The notes under the pieces were generated by a model, which was not told where the DNA came from, ran no database searches, and saw only the letters and a program-made list of their open reading frames with translations. The position numbers and the translations under genes are program-made. Below are positions 50,126-63,420 of a DNA stretch of 64,000 nucleotides, piece by piece; position 1 is the stretch's first letter, and every line of letters starts with the position of its first letter. Source of the DNA: Balanoglossus misakiensis (taxonomy: Eukaryota; Animalia; Hemichordata); contig CM082578.2 in the NCBI GenBank assembly GCA_040954595.2, forward strand, positions 13,236,304 through 13,300,303, written 5' to 3'.

Positions 50126-50277
50126 TTAATCCTTGCAAAGGTCTCGGAGTCGCACTCGATCACCTGCTCTTGTAACTCCCAATCTCTTTATTTCCCCTTC
50201 CGTCATGGAAAGAACGGTGGCAGCTTCAACCCGCTCATTGCCAAATTTATCTCCTGCAATATTGCCTCGATGTCCAT
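50126..50277 (-). pseudogene. Mirror copy of the frameshifted SAM-like ORF fragment in the right arm
   Basis: Reverse complement of 47899-48050. The ORF track gives identical peptides for both arms. Confidence 0.55.
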
Positions 50278-50414
50278 CTCATTCGACTGCGACTGAGACG
50301 CACAAAACAAACGGAAAACACGGAAAATGGCCGACAGCAAAAATTGTGCGCCCTCTGGTGAGGTGGAAGTGAAGGTTGTAAACAAGTAAATAATAATAAT
50401 ACTAGCAAAGTATC

Positions 50415-50910
50415 ATAATATATTAACGAATCAAAATATAATCGTACTACTTCAACATTAAATACTACTATTTATTTATAATATATTAACGAATCAAAAT
50501 ATAATCGTACTACTTCAACATTAAATACTACTATTTATTTATAATATATTAACGAATCAAAATATAATCGTACTACTTCAACATTAAATACTACTATTTA
50601 TTTATAATATATTAACAAATCGGAATATAATCGTACTACTTCAACATTAAATACTGCTATTTATTTATAATATATTAACGAATCAAAATATAATCGTACT
50701 ACTTCAACATTAAATACTACTATTTATTTATAATATATTAACGAATCAAAATATAATCGTACTACTTCAACATTATATACTACTATTTATTTATAATATA
50801 TTAACGAATCAAAATATAATCGTACTACTTCAACATTATATACTACTATTTATTTATAATATATTAACGAATCAAAATATAATCGTACTACTTCAACATA
50901 ATATACTACT
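50415..50910 (-). repeat. 63-bp minisatellite, ~7.9 copies (right arm, inverted)
   Basis: Reverse complement of the left-arm unit. The arm length difference 949-697=252 equals 4 x 63. Confidence 0.95.
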
Positions 50911-53900
50911 ATTGCTATACTTAAGACCCCTGAGGCTTGCCATATATTAGCACTGAGTACAATAAGAATATATCGAGTTAAATAGCAAAAAAAATGGCAG
51001 GCTTCTCAGTAGTAAAGGTGGCTTATTTCAGTCAAATCAATAAAAATCAAATCAAGTAACAGCAAATACGGTGCAGAAAAAGACATTAACGTCGGTTGGT
51101 CAATTTCCGGATTGTTTCGGTTTAATAATACACCGGGTGCTTTAACAGAAAAGATAATAATAAAGATATAATGAAAAATTATTATTTCAGACAATTGACG
51201 TCATTTACTGAAAGAAGAACTCATTTTACGGATTCAAATTGCCTTGAAGTCACTGTGGATATGAATATTTTAAGCGTAGACTTTTTAAAAACACGCATAA
51301 GAAATCTAGGCTCTCCGATTTTAAATGCATTAATAAATAAATCACGCTTAAAATAACCAATATTTTAGTTCACGAAGAAAGGAAGCCATATTCAAGTTGC
51401 AGAGCTCAAATGGATCCTGTAACATAATCTCTGTCCTTTGTCATCTCTCATCGAGGGCATACGTGTAACGTTAATCGTTTCTCATGAAAAAATAAGTCCA
51501 GTCCCCCGGGTCTAACTGGAATATGGTCATTTCAAAATGAGTTTTCAGTAAATCAACTTGACTTGGCCAGGCGAAGCGGAATCTTTTTTCATCGCTCAGC
51601 AAAGTTACATTGTCGCACGGACCATACGTGACTCGGAACTTAATGGGTTGCTGGCTTCATTTTACAAAAAGATCCATCATTCTGCTTAATACATGTACTT
51701 TCTACTATACGAAAAAAAAAAAATATACTGATAAAATTAAAGGAGGTTTCTAGACTACTGCCTCATCAAGAACGGGGTCTTTTACCGATATGACGTCTTC
51801 TGTTGCATGCCATCTGGACATCGATCTTTCAGATGTTTTTTGATGATACGTTTCGCGGGATATCGAGATCGTGAGTCTTCAGAGACCCGGTAATACCAAA
51901 CGGTCAAACTATTAGTGAGCTTGTGGGGGCGGGACAATGGACTGCTACTTCCACGGATCAATCACTCTATGTAACACTAACATGTAATTGCAAAGCTATG
52001 TCAAGAAGGGCCTTTTAAGCGCTTACAACCAGGATGCTGACGGAGGACAAGGGATGACATCACAAGAATTGATTTGGAAGGGAAACAGAATCGTGATAAT
52101 GGAGAACAGTTTGTATATACATGTATGACTGCATGTCAGTTCGCTTGATGGGTGAAAGCTAGCTTTGGGTCTTGCCTAAACAGAGATCAAAGAAACAAAT
52201 TAAAGGGTCGACATATGCTAAACTGTTCTAAACCGAGGGCGGGGCATGTCTAACATTGCCTTCTTAGGGATATCCATGCAGAAGAAAGTGGAACAAACTT
52301 GATGAAGTGTACAACATAAGTAAAATGCACGATTGAGTTTTGCTGCAGATGCTATAAAATATCACAGCATGGTGATGAGTGTTGCCACACATAAGGGCTG
52401 CATTGTACCTTCATACAAGGAAGAAACGGCACGAAATGTCGACCTCGTATCCGAATAATCAACCTAGGATGAGATCAGGATGTCGACCACTAACATCAAG
52501 CCGGTTAGCGAAACGTCGCTCCGATGATTTCACTCGATCAGGCTTTAATAGCCGAGGCTTGAGACTATCATGAGTACGCAACACGTACACCGGCTCGGCT
52601 TACAAAAACAGCCCGAAGACCGCTGTGGAGATGAATGTAATCTTAATTGAGAGAAGCAACCGCGGAGGAAGATAAAACGACATCATACAGATAGACAAAA
52701 TTATATGTCTGCGCGATGTCTGCCAGACCCAATTGCTGCATGGAGATGCACAGGGGATGCGGACAACAATACCGATGATTTTACCAGTGCTGTACCGTTT
52801 TTAATCATCATTTCCGTCTTTGCCCAACATCCCCTCTGCTGATATCACCTACTGGGGGACTAATTGCGCTCAGCATGAAAGCAAACTGAGATGGCTGCCT
52901 CAAACTGAGGTGACATCAATAGCACATAGACTTTTTACACAATGTATTGGGACGGAAGTGTCTGAACAGTGATGCGCCATGACAGGTAGCTATTTTTGAT
53001 GGCGTCCTGTCACGTGTGTGAGGCTTGCGGTAATTATGCATCCTTACACAAACCCCATTACCCTCTTCGCCTTAGAGCACTGACTGCAAATGCGTAGGGT
53101 GACACACGAGACTCACAGGGAATTAAAGTTGTGATTCACTCGTTGAAATTGCCGGAAACGTTGAAACAGCGCCTCCACTGAATCCGCTATCGGATTAGCT
53201 AAGTACGACATTATAACGCGAAGAATTTGTTCTTTCACATGGTCATCTGCTAGTTAGGCACTTTTTCACCGCACAAGCCACAGCGATGTGAATGCAGCGG
53301 CACCTGGCCATTTTAACTGATGCAGATGCGTGACGAGAATCGAAAAAGTGCAATCTGACATTACATACATGTACATGTATAGTGTGCTGCACGAATGAGC
53401 ATAGCCAGTACAGAGACCCAATGATCTATCAGACTTCACAAGACAGTATTCTTATGTAATTCCATCTGTACTCTGAGCCATCCATTTGTATTTCTTTCAT
53501 TTTAATGAGCAATTTCACTGAAAGGGGGCATCATCTGTAACTTTTGACTCTATACGCAAAACAAGACACTCAAAACATAGCGAAAAGTTACAGCTATTGG
53601 AGCTTGAATCGGTTGCTGACGTATTGGTTGACTGTCTGATATGCTAAATGGAAAGTTCGTCGAATTCCTGATTTCCTGGCTATTCATTTGAGTATTGTGG
53701 TGAAAAGGTGGGCGAGGCTATTCAAATGCGCGCACCGGGAATGCAACGCCTGTCGAGACGTGCGTGATTGCGCCGGGTAGGCCTAGATATTCGAAGCATA
53801 TGCACCTCGAGCACTTTGGCTGTAATGGCAAAGTTGCGGCAAAATCTGAATAGAGACTGCGCTTTACGTTCGTAGACATACCGAACTCTACCGACCAAGG

Positions 53901-56179
53901 GGCTAACGGAATCGAGATTGACGTTTAGGGATGTTACTCGTTGCTCGCTGACGTAAATGCGTCGGCGGGGTTTGCAAATGAGACTGCGCAAAAGGGTCAA
54001 CTGGGGCGGAACGTGTTATAGGGGTCCTTTGCGAACGGTTCTTGTTGTACATGTATGATATCCCGCCTCAGATCAGTATTCCCGGATCACCGATCACGCT
54101 ATTACACGAAAGGGCTATTGTAAATAAATTATGTTACACCACCAGTTTAGATTACTCCTTGCATTAAAGGTTTTTAATCTGCAACTTTGGGCTGTTTTTC
54201 AGTATTTTCATTTTCCTTTCTGCAACTTTTTTATTACTTTTGGGGAGTTTTGCGTACACTTTTGTGTCTCGCACATGTCCTGAAATGAAGTTGTTGCTTA
54301 TCTTCTTACAATAGGCTCAAAGTCTTAGGATAGATGGGTGAGATTTGGTTCCTACACTTTTTGCGCGATGAAGAAAGTTCACGGCTCTGTGGACAGCGCC
54401 CGCCACGATCTTCGCGTATCTCGCAAATTTCTTGACGAGGAGAATGGGAAATTCGACACTTCATCATATAAAATGCTCATGAAATGCATCACAAATATAT
54501 ATTTTATTGCTGCTCGACTCGTCATCTGTGGGTTGCCGAGACGTGCATGCATGCGCGCTTACGTGGATGAATGAATGAATACAGGATGACCCTCAGTCAG
54601 TCATTCGTGTGATACACATACGGCACGGGTGGTCTAGTCTTTATAGTGACCGGGGATTATGAGTTCGCTAGTTCGATGCCGTGGCATTTTATGATTCAGC
54701 TTAACAATCGGCGATGCAACAGCAATTGGACTGATATAAAACAAAATAATTACGACTGAAATACAACAAAAATCGCACCACCAAAAGTTAGATTAGACCT
54801 GGCGTTTTTTTTCAAAAAATCTGCAAGATTTCACTTTAACATCATCATCAATAAACATCGGAAAAGGGTGTTCACATTTATTTCAATACTTGTATGAATC
54901 ACTGCATGCATATTTTATCATTTCACATCGACGTGTTAATACACGTGCCGATGGCTTTATTGTGTACATGAATTTTTTATTGCCTAATCTCCTGGTTTTC
55001 TAACGTACGTTTATTCGCGGTGGCGGGACGGAATTTATCTCACTTGCAGGTAACTGAAGTACAACGACCTTTGTGTCCTTCTCGCGATGAGTACAAATAT
55101 GAGTAGAGAGACCATCCGGGTGTAATTGCTACCACAAAGCAAAATAATTCCTTTGGGTAGTGAATTTCAGGTATAAGGACGTTAAAGTTACATTATCTGT
55201 AACTTTTGTCTATTTTTAGTATTTATCTACATATGCCAATATACATGAATGGGCAACAGGGCACGTGCAAGTCTTCGAGCGACCATGTGGCGGCGCGCTT
55301 TTTTCGCGTGTGAACCCCCCCCCCCCCCCCCCCCCCCCGGACAAAGAAACTACTAGTACGTATACGTGCTATAGCTACTGCTGATTGCACCATTCTGTAG
55401 CAAGGACATTCTGTTCATACAAAAAAAAAATCAGACGTTTGAAGTCATTTTGCAATCAGCACCCCCCACTGTTAAAGCTGAGATACTACAGGCAAGCGCT
55501 GGGGCTGCAAACATATTGACCAGTGTTTTAGCAATACTCAATTTGATACAAAATTACTCCACACACACAAAAACAGAGTTGGCCCATTGACCCACAGCTG
55601 CGAGCACTGATTGCAAAATGTCGTTTGATCACTCCAAGCAATTACCCTGTTTGTGCAGACGGCAATTTGCTCTCCCGCCTAATTTATTGCCAATAACGTA
55701 TCTGTGTATGTGTATTATGATTTTCGTGTTGCGTCTTTAAGTGTGTTGTCAGTCAGTGGTGACCAAATTGTGCGACATTAAAACTCAATTTCGCCTTACC
55801 ATCCGGCTGTCTCCCATTACTGATATCGACCACAACAAAATTAGGCTTGCTATAATAAGGATTGGCAGAAGTCACAGCTGTTGTTCAACAGTGATTACTG
55901 AATGCTCCCATAACCATAAAGGTTGGTGGCGTTTTTGCTCAGCACGCGCCTTCGCTTATTAAATCAGTTGCGAGTCTAATCAGACGGTTTGTTCGCTCTA
56001 CAGAAGGACTGTACTTGGATTAATAATTCCAATATCAATATGAAGAAGAGCAGAGACAGAAAGAGTGTGGAGAAAACAATTAATCTGCAGGTCATGACTG
56101 GATCAACTATTCACTCTCTGATTCAGTTCCATTCCACTGAATGTCAGTAAACCCACTTCTTTGCTGCAGACACTAACTA

Positions 56180-56230
56180 TTCATCATTCATTCATTCATT
56201 CATTCATTCATTCATTCATTCATTCATTCA
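56180..56230. repeat. (TTCA)n microsatellite, probably in the APEH 3' UTR
   Basis: About 12 TTCA units, ~100 bp beyond the APEH stop codon. Confidence 0.85.
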
Positions 56231-56330
56231 TACCAAACAGATCACTGTAACATTTGGGTATGTGCAAACTGAACAAGCACACAAATTAATGCACAGTGCC
56301 TGTGTTCGCATACAGTGCGTAGTACACACT

Positions 56331-59300
56331 TTATGCAAGATGCTCCGAGAACCACTTGTATATGTTGACGATAGCATCGGCCTCTGCATCAACTTTAGAA
56401 ATGCCATGGTTGTTATCGGGATACACCAGAAGTCTGTAAAGACACAAACAGAAACGATAAGATGTTACCTGCAGGAGAGTTGGGTTCATAAACACTGTAA
56501 TGAGTTTGCAATGTCATTTGAAATATTCATTCAGATCTTTGCATGTCAGAAAAAAACATTCAAATTATGCAACATGATGACTTAGAATTACCTGACTTCG
56601 ACCCCTCTTGATTTCAATGCTCTGTAGAATTCATGGCCTTGCTTTGGCGGAACTCTGAAATCATCTGTACCAATCATGATCATGGTTGGTGTTACCACCT
56701 GTGGGATTCAGCATAGAGAACAAAACATTCAGAACAGGAGAGCTGCCAGGGGGTCTCACACCTCAAAATTCATTGACAGTTTGCTATTGGCAGAGAAACG
56801 TACCTTATGAGCATGGTGTATGGGCGACTTGGTTAGCATAGAACTGTAAGTTTTGCCGTCTGGCAAATCTTGGTGATCATATGACTGCCCATTTTCACAG
56901 GAACACCTTTGATGAATATATAAAAAGAGAATCATGAAAGAGAAAAATCAAAATATGAAAAAAGGACGTGTTTTTTTTAAGTGCATGGTACTAAATAAAA
57001 TTGTTGTTGAAAAATCGGCATAAAATATATACACTTACCAGTCAGGAATATCACTGCTACCATACATCGCTATTGGATAAACAAAATATGTAGTAATCAC
57101 AAAGTCACAACAGTTGTTGAATAAAGAGTGTGTCTTAACCTACGAGATAGTTGTTTTAACTACGCTTTCAAAATGGCTGACATGTGGATCGTAACCAACT
57201 GCCGGCCCTGGCAGAGATGAGTATTTAACTGTAGGAACAATCTTGCACGACAGCAAATTGAAAGTGACTTACATAGTATATTAACGACTGGATTTCTGGT
57301 GACACAGGCCTTATACTTTCCCTGTAAGTGCACAAAACACAAGTATTACACATAGCTTCCAATGACACTCAGCAATGCATACCTAATCAAACGACCCATA
57401 AACAAGCGGGAACCATGACATCTATGATGACTTGTTCATGACTAAATCTACCGCTTCAGAAATGAACATTACGCTGTGCACTCACTGGAAATTGGCCGAT
57501 CATATGAGTCACCAAGAAACCACCATGAGAACCACCACACAACACCAAACTGTTTTCATCGGCAATTCCAGCTGCGACAACTTCATCAACAGCATTCTGG
57601 AATGTAAAACACAATCTTCAATTTTCTCACTGTTTCTGAGACTGAATTAAAGATAAAATTCACCCCAACAATAAAAGTCTTAAACTTTCTCTCATATTTT
57701 GCCTAAGACAACTCTAATTCATTTTTCTCTTAACACAATGCAAAATTTTAAATGAGCAAAATTGTGACTGTCTCAAATCTGAAATTCAAAATGGCCACCA
57801 CAGCATGAGAAAAAATTACAGCAAAAACATACTTGTACATCATAGACATCCTGGCACCCAACATTGCCTGGCAACGAGAAGATATTGGCTTGTCCAAAAC
57901 CTAATGACCCTCTGAAGTTTACTGCAATAAAAGTAAAAGTAGAAAAAGACATTTTATACCATAGACCCTATATTTAAACTAAAGTTCACCCGTCACATAC
58001 ACAGTACCAGCTAATCCATCAAAAATACAATTGAATATGTTATTTATAAATCTCCACCACTACACCTACAATTTAATGCCATGGTTTTTAACAAGTAATT
58101 GTAAACAACAATGGTATTGGATAAATATAAACTCTCTTGTTTCATTTTTGTTTACTATGCAAATGAGTCATAAATGCAAGCGTGCTCTAAATTTAACCCG
58201 TCAAATAAAATTCACTCACCAAGTAGGACAGAGAAACCAAGTCGACACAGTGTGGCAGTATAACACATGTATCCAGCAACGTGTGTAGAATGTGGGCCAC
58301 CTAGGATAAATTAGAAACCACTAATATATTACCTACGAATCACCTCTCTAATGTACAAAACCATTGTGTCACAGATGAGAAGATTTGTCTGCAGATGGTT
58401 AACACTTTGTGTTTAAAAGTTCATTGGACACATTATACATTACACATGCATATACATACTACGTTCAAGGGTGCAATGTTTAATCCCACCAACTTACCGT
58501 GCGGCCAAACAATCATTGGGGTTGGCTTTTTTGTACTCTTTGCATCAGTTGGCTGTAGAAGGATTGCCTCATAATCTAATCCGACTGCCAATATTTGAAA
58601 GAAGGCAAATATGAAACAAAACTGTTAAATGTCAATTTACACCAATGCTAGTATTAAAAGCTCAATTCAGCAAAACTAGTACTACACGACATTTGGATAT
58701 TTGTAACAGCACTTACTGAATCTTGGCTCTGAAGAATCAACCTTAGGTTTGAAGGTTTGAATCTCCCAGCTGATATCGCTGAACAGGTCCACTTCTTCAT
58801 CAAACAGTCTCCAGGTAACATCGACCGTCTCCTGGTCGTCCGCGGGCAGCTTCCCAAGAACCTGTTGGTTATATTGAACACAGACCAGGTTTACAATTTG
58901 TATATTACAATGTTGCATCATATAAACTGCATGTTCTTGTGAGTCCTGTCGAAGCAGTAATGACTTCTGCAGTGTCAGTTTGTGTACTGCAATGCCTGTC
59001 CGAGTACTGTGATGGCAGTGCACTTACTGTCATGGTAGTCTAAGTAATGTCATGTTATTGTAGTTACTGTAGTATAACAATCTGAGCTCATCATTCAACT
59101 TACAATTCTACAGGGTCTATTAGGCGAACTGGTAGATGCCACCATACAGTTACTGAAGATATCAACAAGAGTCCAACATCCAATCTCGGGGTCGTTCGTC
59201 AGCCTTGTAAGTTTCTTATTGTCAGTGTTCACCAATATCAATTCCTAGAAGAAGACAGCGGGAAATAACACAAATCAATACAGTTTATTTCCCTATCTGA

Positions 59301-62300
59301 AAGTACAGTTGTCAATAATGACAAATATAATTTAGTATGATGATACATGTATGCACATGCAAACCAAATGAATGTTCACAAATAAACAAATTTGCAATCA
59401 CTAACTTGTTTGCTGCGCCATATTGTGTGGAGTACAACCCTCTTGTTGTCCACTGACCAGCACCTGGTTGGTAGATTCGTCAGATACAATCCTGGAAATG
59501 CACTGCTGTCTGTACAAGTCAACAAAGAATCAAAATGAGGAATTCAAATCGCTGCAGCACAAGTTGTCAAACAGTCGGTCTGTTCAGTACTTGACTTGTC
59601 CACGATAAATGTAAATTTCCCATTCACTGACTACGGGTCGAACCCAAAACGTCTGCAAGCACAAACATGGAAATTGCCAGTATTTCAGTCAGAGAACCAC
59701 TTCAGCACAGACATCTATGTTAGACAGTCAAAACATGACCTACCAGCCGGTCTTTCAACTTCAGGCACAACCACTGACGTTTCCTTGGTTTTCCAGTCAT
59801 ACTGGACAAAAATTCATTGATTGAAATGACAGAGAAATTGTAAGGTCACACACACAAAAGAATTACTCTCTTTGAGAAAATTTGCGAACACACATATACC
59901 CATAAAGAATACAATACAGAGATCGCGTGAGAAGCTGGTTCATCCCAATGTTCGCCCATTCACCACAATGTTTTGGCCCATACACATTCTTTTCAACAGT
60001 CAAGTTGGACACATTCATTTTGAAGTAGGGTGAAAAGTTAATAAGTATACTAACCATGACCAGTTCACTGCAACACATATGTGGGCCACCTTGCTGGTTC
60101 TGCACATAGACAAGTCTGCTTTTGTCATTGTTGAATCTTGGCGATCTTACAGCTTTGCCTTCTTTGCTCAGTATTTCTGTCAAGAAGTCGTTGAAAAATG
60201 TAAACTTTAAGTTATATCTGTGAAGGATGTGATGTGTTGATTTTAAAATCTTTCATCAAAAGTGAGGGTCGGTGTTTTGATATTAAGAAACAGAGAAATG
60301 CCAATCTATAACTACATGTACTGGTACAAACACTGAAGTGCCAAAATGTAAACTCTATCAATCCATCCAATGACACTACAACATATATTCTAAGACCCTC
60401 ACCAACACTGGCACACATATACAATCGGTAACAAAATCTCTTCAACAAGGAAAACGCTTACCATATTTCTCACTGTCTATGTCAACTTGAAAAATCGCAC
60501 TCCTGTAAGAAACATAAACAGTACATGCTTGTAAGTTCTGTGAAGGGAAACTTAATATTTGTCTGAATACAGAGTGTGCGTGTGGTTTTCACTTTCACAC
60601 TTGTAAACATATGAGTAAAAGTCATCCTCTACAGTTACATGTAATTGTTCATGTTAAGTTGCTCACTTTTTGCCAATAGTCTGGTTATTTTACTTTCTTA
60701 TGATAGCTTATTTATGTTATTCTGTTTACTGAAATATGCTCAAGGATTCATCGTTCCAACTCAACTTTACATCCTGGATGTGGGCATAACATATTATTGT
60801 GAATGAGCAAAAGTCCTACCTCCTGTTGGTACAGAACACAAGTCCCAGTCTCAGGGGTTCATGCCACCAGCCTACGAATACAACACCCTTGTCATCAGGA
60901 CTCCAAAGAGCCTGAGATGAGAAAATGGAAACAAAACAAGGAGAATATTACCACACTTATTTAACCTGATTTTGCGAGTTATAACTCTTTGATGCACTTG
61001 GAACTACATCACACACATATTCATTAATTGCACTCACCTGTCCAGGTGAGACATCCTCTGGCACACCATTGACTACACTGACATGCTCTGCGTCAATGTC
61101 GACCACACATATCGCTGGGTGGCTTTTCGATCTCAGCTGTTCGCCCCAATCGTACTGGTGTACAAACTGATCCCCCTGGTGTCAGAAAACAATCAAAGAA
61201 GTTGTGAGAGAATTTGCATATACAGGAACCATACAATGATGTCATAGCCACTCAGACGTCAGCACTAAATGTACCAGTTTTTTTTTCAACAAAAACAGAA
61301 CTGTAATGGGCACTGTACAAAAAAGAAAATATGTAATTTACCTTGATGGGTTCATCCTTCTTGGAATCATCACCTGCTTTGGCATCATTGTCATCTTTTG
61401 GTTTGCTGTCAAAATAGGAGGCAGTCTTTGGCCGTTTCTTCTCTGCTATGTACAGCAACTGCTTTTCACTGGCTGACCACTCCAGGCAACCAAACTGAGC
61501 TGTAAAATAAAATAAAATAAATCACAGTCAGTACTGGGCTTTATTATCTATGTGCTCCCAATTAGTGTTCTTGTTTGAAAAATAAATCTGGTAATATTGA
61601 CTGGAATGTGATTTGCAAATGGGATGAAAAAGGCCCTAATTTTAATACTCATCAGAGCTGTCTTCAATTGCCAATGCAATCTTGCAACCCTGGTCTATCA
61701 ACTGCTGTTTAAGGTTAATTTCACCTCACAACAAACAAACAGAAGATTTGTTTTAAAAGCCATCATGTACCAATTACTTACTATCATTATAGACCTTGCC
61801 GTGCTTCTCCTGGGCCAGAAGATCAATATTCTTGATTTTATTCAGCTTGGTCCAGACCTACCACAAAGTTTTACAGAACTTGAAAATTAGTTTCATTGTA
61901 TTACAGAAATGGTCTGCTATGTGCGTCTCTCTCTTGGTCTTGACAAATTCCAATACATGTACTTTGTTGTTGTAGAGTTTTACACTTGCAGGAAAGAGAA
62001 AAGTGTCTTACCTCCAGGTAATGCTTCTCTTCGTCGCCTTTCTTTGGGGTCACCTTCCGGATGATAGCAGTGAGCTTTCCTGAGGGAGAAATGTTCCGTA
62101 GCAACCTGGAAGTGTATGATCATACATGTATCACATAAATGATAACCGGACAGCGAATCAGATGGGAAGTTGAGGGTGTCTGTCAGCTAGGATCACAAAT
62201 GCAAGTACATGTACATGCTTTCAAAAATTTAAGAGACGGGAGAACACTCACTCAGAATTCAGCTCCACGGGGACGTCATTTCTGATGATGTTGGAACCAC

Positions 62301-63364
62301 ACAACACTGTGTGATTCCTCTCAAAGTTGACATTTTCAGATCTCTCCAGATCGCGCTGCATCCACTGTGTGCTCAAGTTGCAGGCATTGTCCCGTTTCAC
62401 CAAGCGGCCACTGACAATGGAGGCTGGCCTGACACATTCCCTGTAGACTTTAACACACTGTTCCACAGTGGCCTTTAATTACAAAAACAAATGTGTTGAT
62501 AGAATGTAACATGATTATGACTTAAAACCATCTGAATACTTATCCGATTCCATCAAGAAACCTGTGATTTTTATACTTAAAACCACTTTGTGACAACATT
62601 CATTCTATTCAATTAACCCTATCAATAGCCAAAGGACTTTATTGGACCTACGCAATGATGCCCAAAACACAGCAAATTAACTTTTTCTACAGTTCTCCTT
62701 TCAGATTGGGTATATCAATTTTAACGCTCCATAAAATGAACACACATGTAGTATCATACGAAAAAAAGATGTCTGGTGTGGCACAAACAATGCAACTTTC
62801 TAAATTTATGATCATGTTTTATTTCTATGATCATATTCTTTTTCAAAAACTGAATTTTTCCAGCCTTTGCAGTCGACAAGACGCGTAACTCAGTGAGCTG
62901 TTAATTGCTTGAATGCCGCATTCTGATTGGTCAATTTAGTGGCCACTGGAGGGCAGCGTTCATGAGACCCCCTGGGACCATGGGACCCACGACGCGACGG
63001 GGTACGGCTCTGGCTGGCGTGCCTGGGTGTCGCATGTGGACTCCTCGCCCAGCCAGAGCACCTATGCTTTGAACCGTCCTGCACCGGTCCAAGTGACCCT
63101 AAACTTCTCAAATTTCCGCGTCATCCGACATAATGATCATCATTACCATGGAGCCTTGAGGAGGTAGCCACTAAAACCTCTTATGGAGAAACACAGTCCC
63201 CCTTGAACCGATGGTGGCATGCTCTATATACCACGCGAAAGTTCCAGCACAGGAACTGCAATACTACTTAGAAAGTGTTTCGTTTCCGAATGCGATACGT
63301 GTACACTAATGTCCAAACATTAAGCCCAGACTAGACACTTACGTACCTTCGCACTGCTAGCCAT
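56331..63364 (-). CDS. APEH: Acylamino-acid-releasing enzyme (acylpeptide hydrolase, peptidase S9C), 22 coding exons, 722 aa
   Basis: Exons (minus strand): 63364-63347, 62472-62252, 62105-62012, 61857-61782, 61499-61342, 61175-61038, 60911-60820, 60502-60462, 60176-60055, 59801-59744, 59509-59406, 59244-59104, 58861-58717, 58584-58498, 58300-58220, 57921-57833, 57596-57486, 57321-57273, 57069-57039, 56906-56804, 56698-56592, 56433-56331. Sum is 2169 nt with consistent phases. Motifs WMQRDLER, LYIAEKKRPK, WPHGGPHS, VNFRGS, GGSHGG (catalytic Ser), GTDDFRVP (Asp), YPDNNHGI (His). Confidence 0.95.
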
Positions 63365-63420
63365 TTTGAGTCACGTGTAAGGTCACTGCCTGGGTCACTG
63401 CACTATCTAGGTCAACGGTT
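63360..63420 (-). promoter_or_regulatory. Putative APEH core promoter / 5' UTR motifs
   Basis: AAAATGGC (YY1/Kozak-like) at the ATG, GTCACGTG E-box at 63370-63377, and three RGGTCA half-sites at 63380, 63392 and 63409. Confidence 0.4.

Larger units (their letters stand above)
47484..50944. mobile_element. Foldback-type non-autonomous DNA transposon, long inverted arms, 6-bp TSD (IS3EU-like termini)
   Basis: Left arm 47484-48180 is the reverse complement of right arm 49996-50944, apart from minisatellite copy number. Termini TATGGCAAGCCTCAGGGG ... CCCCTGAGGCTTGCCATA. TATTAG is directly repeated at 47478-47483 and 50945-50950. Confidence 0.88.

Noticed and set aside
47518-50910. 63-bp arrays as a possible CRISPR array
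   Set aside because: Units are contiguous with no unique spacers, the context is eukaryotic, and there are no cas genes.
47484-50944. Polinton/Maverick assignment for the foldback element
   Set aside because: The 6-bp TSD fits, but the termini are TAT..ATA rather than AG..CT and no polB, integrase or capsid remnants are visible.
54621-54690. tRNA or SINE-like head (GGTGGTCTAGT ... GTTCGA)
   Set aside because: Only loose A/B-box similarity; I could not build a cloverleaf or find a tail or TSD.
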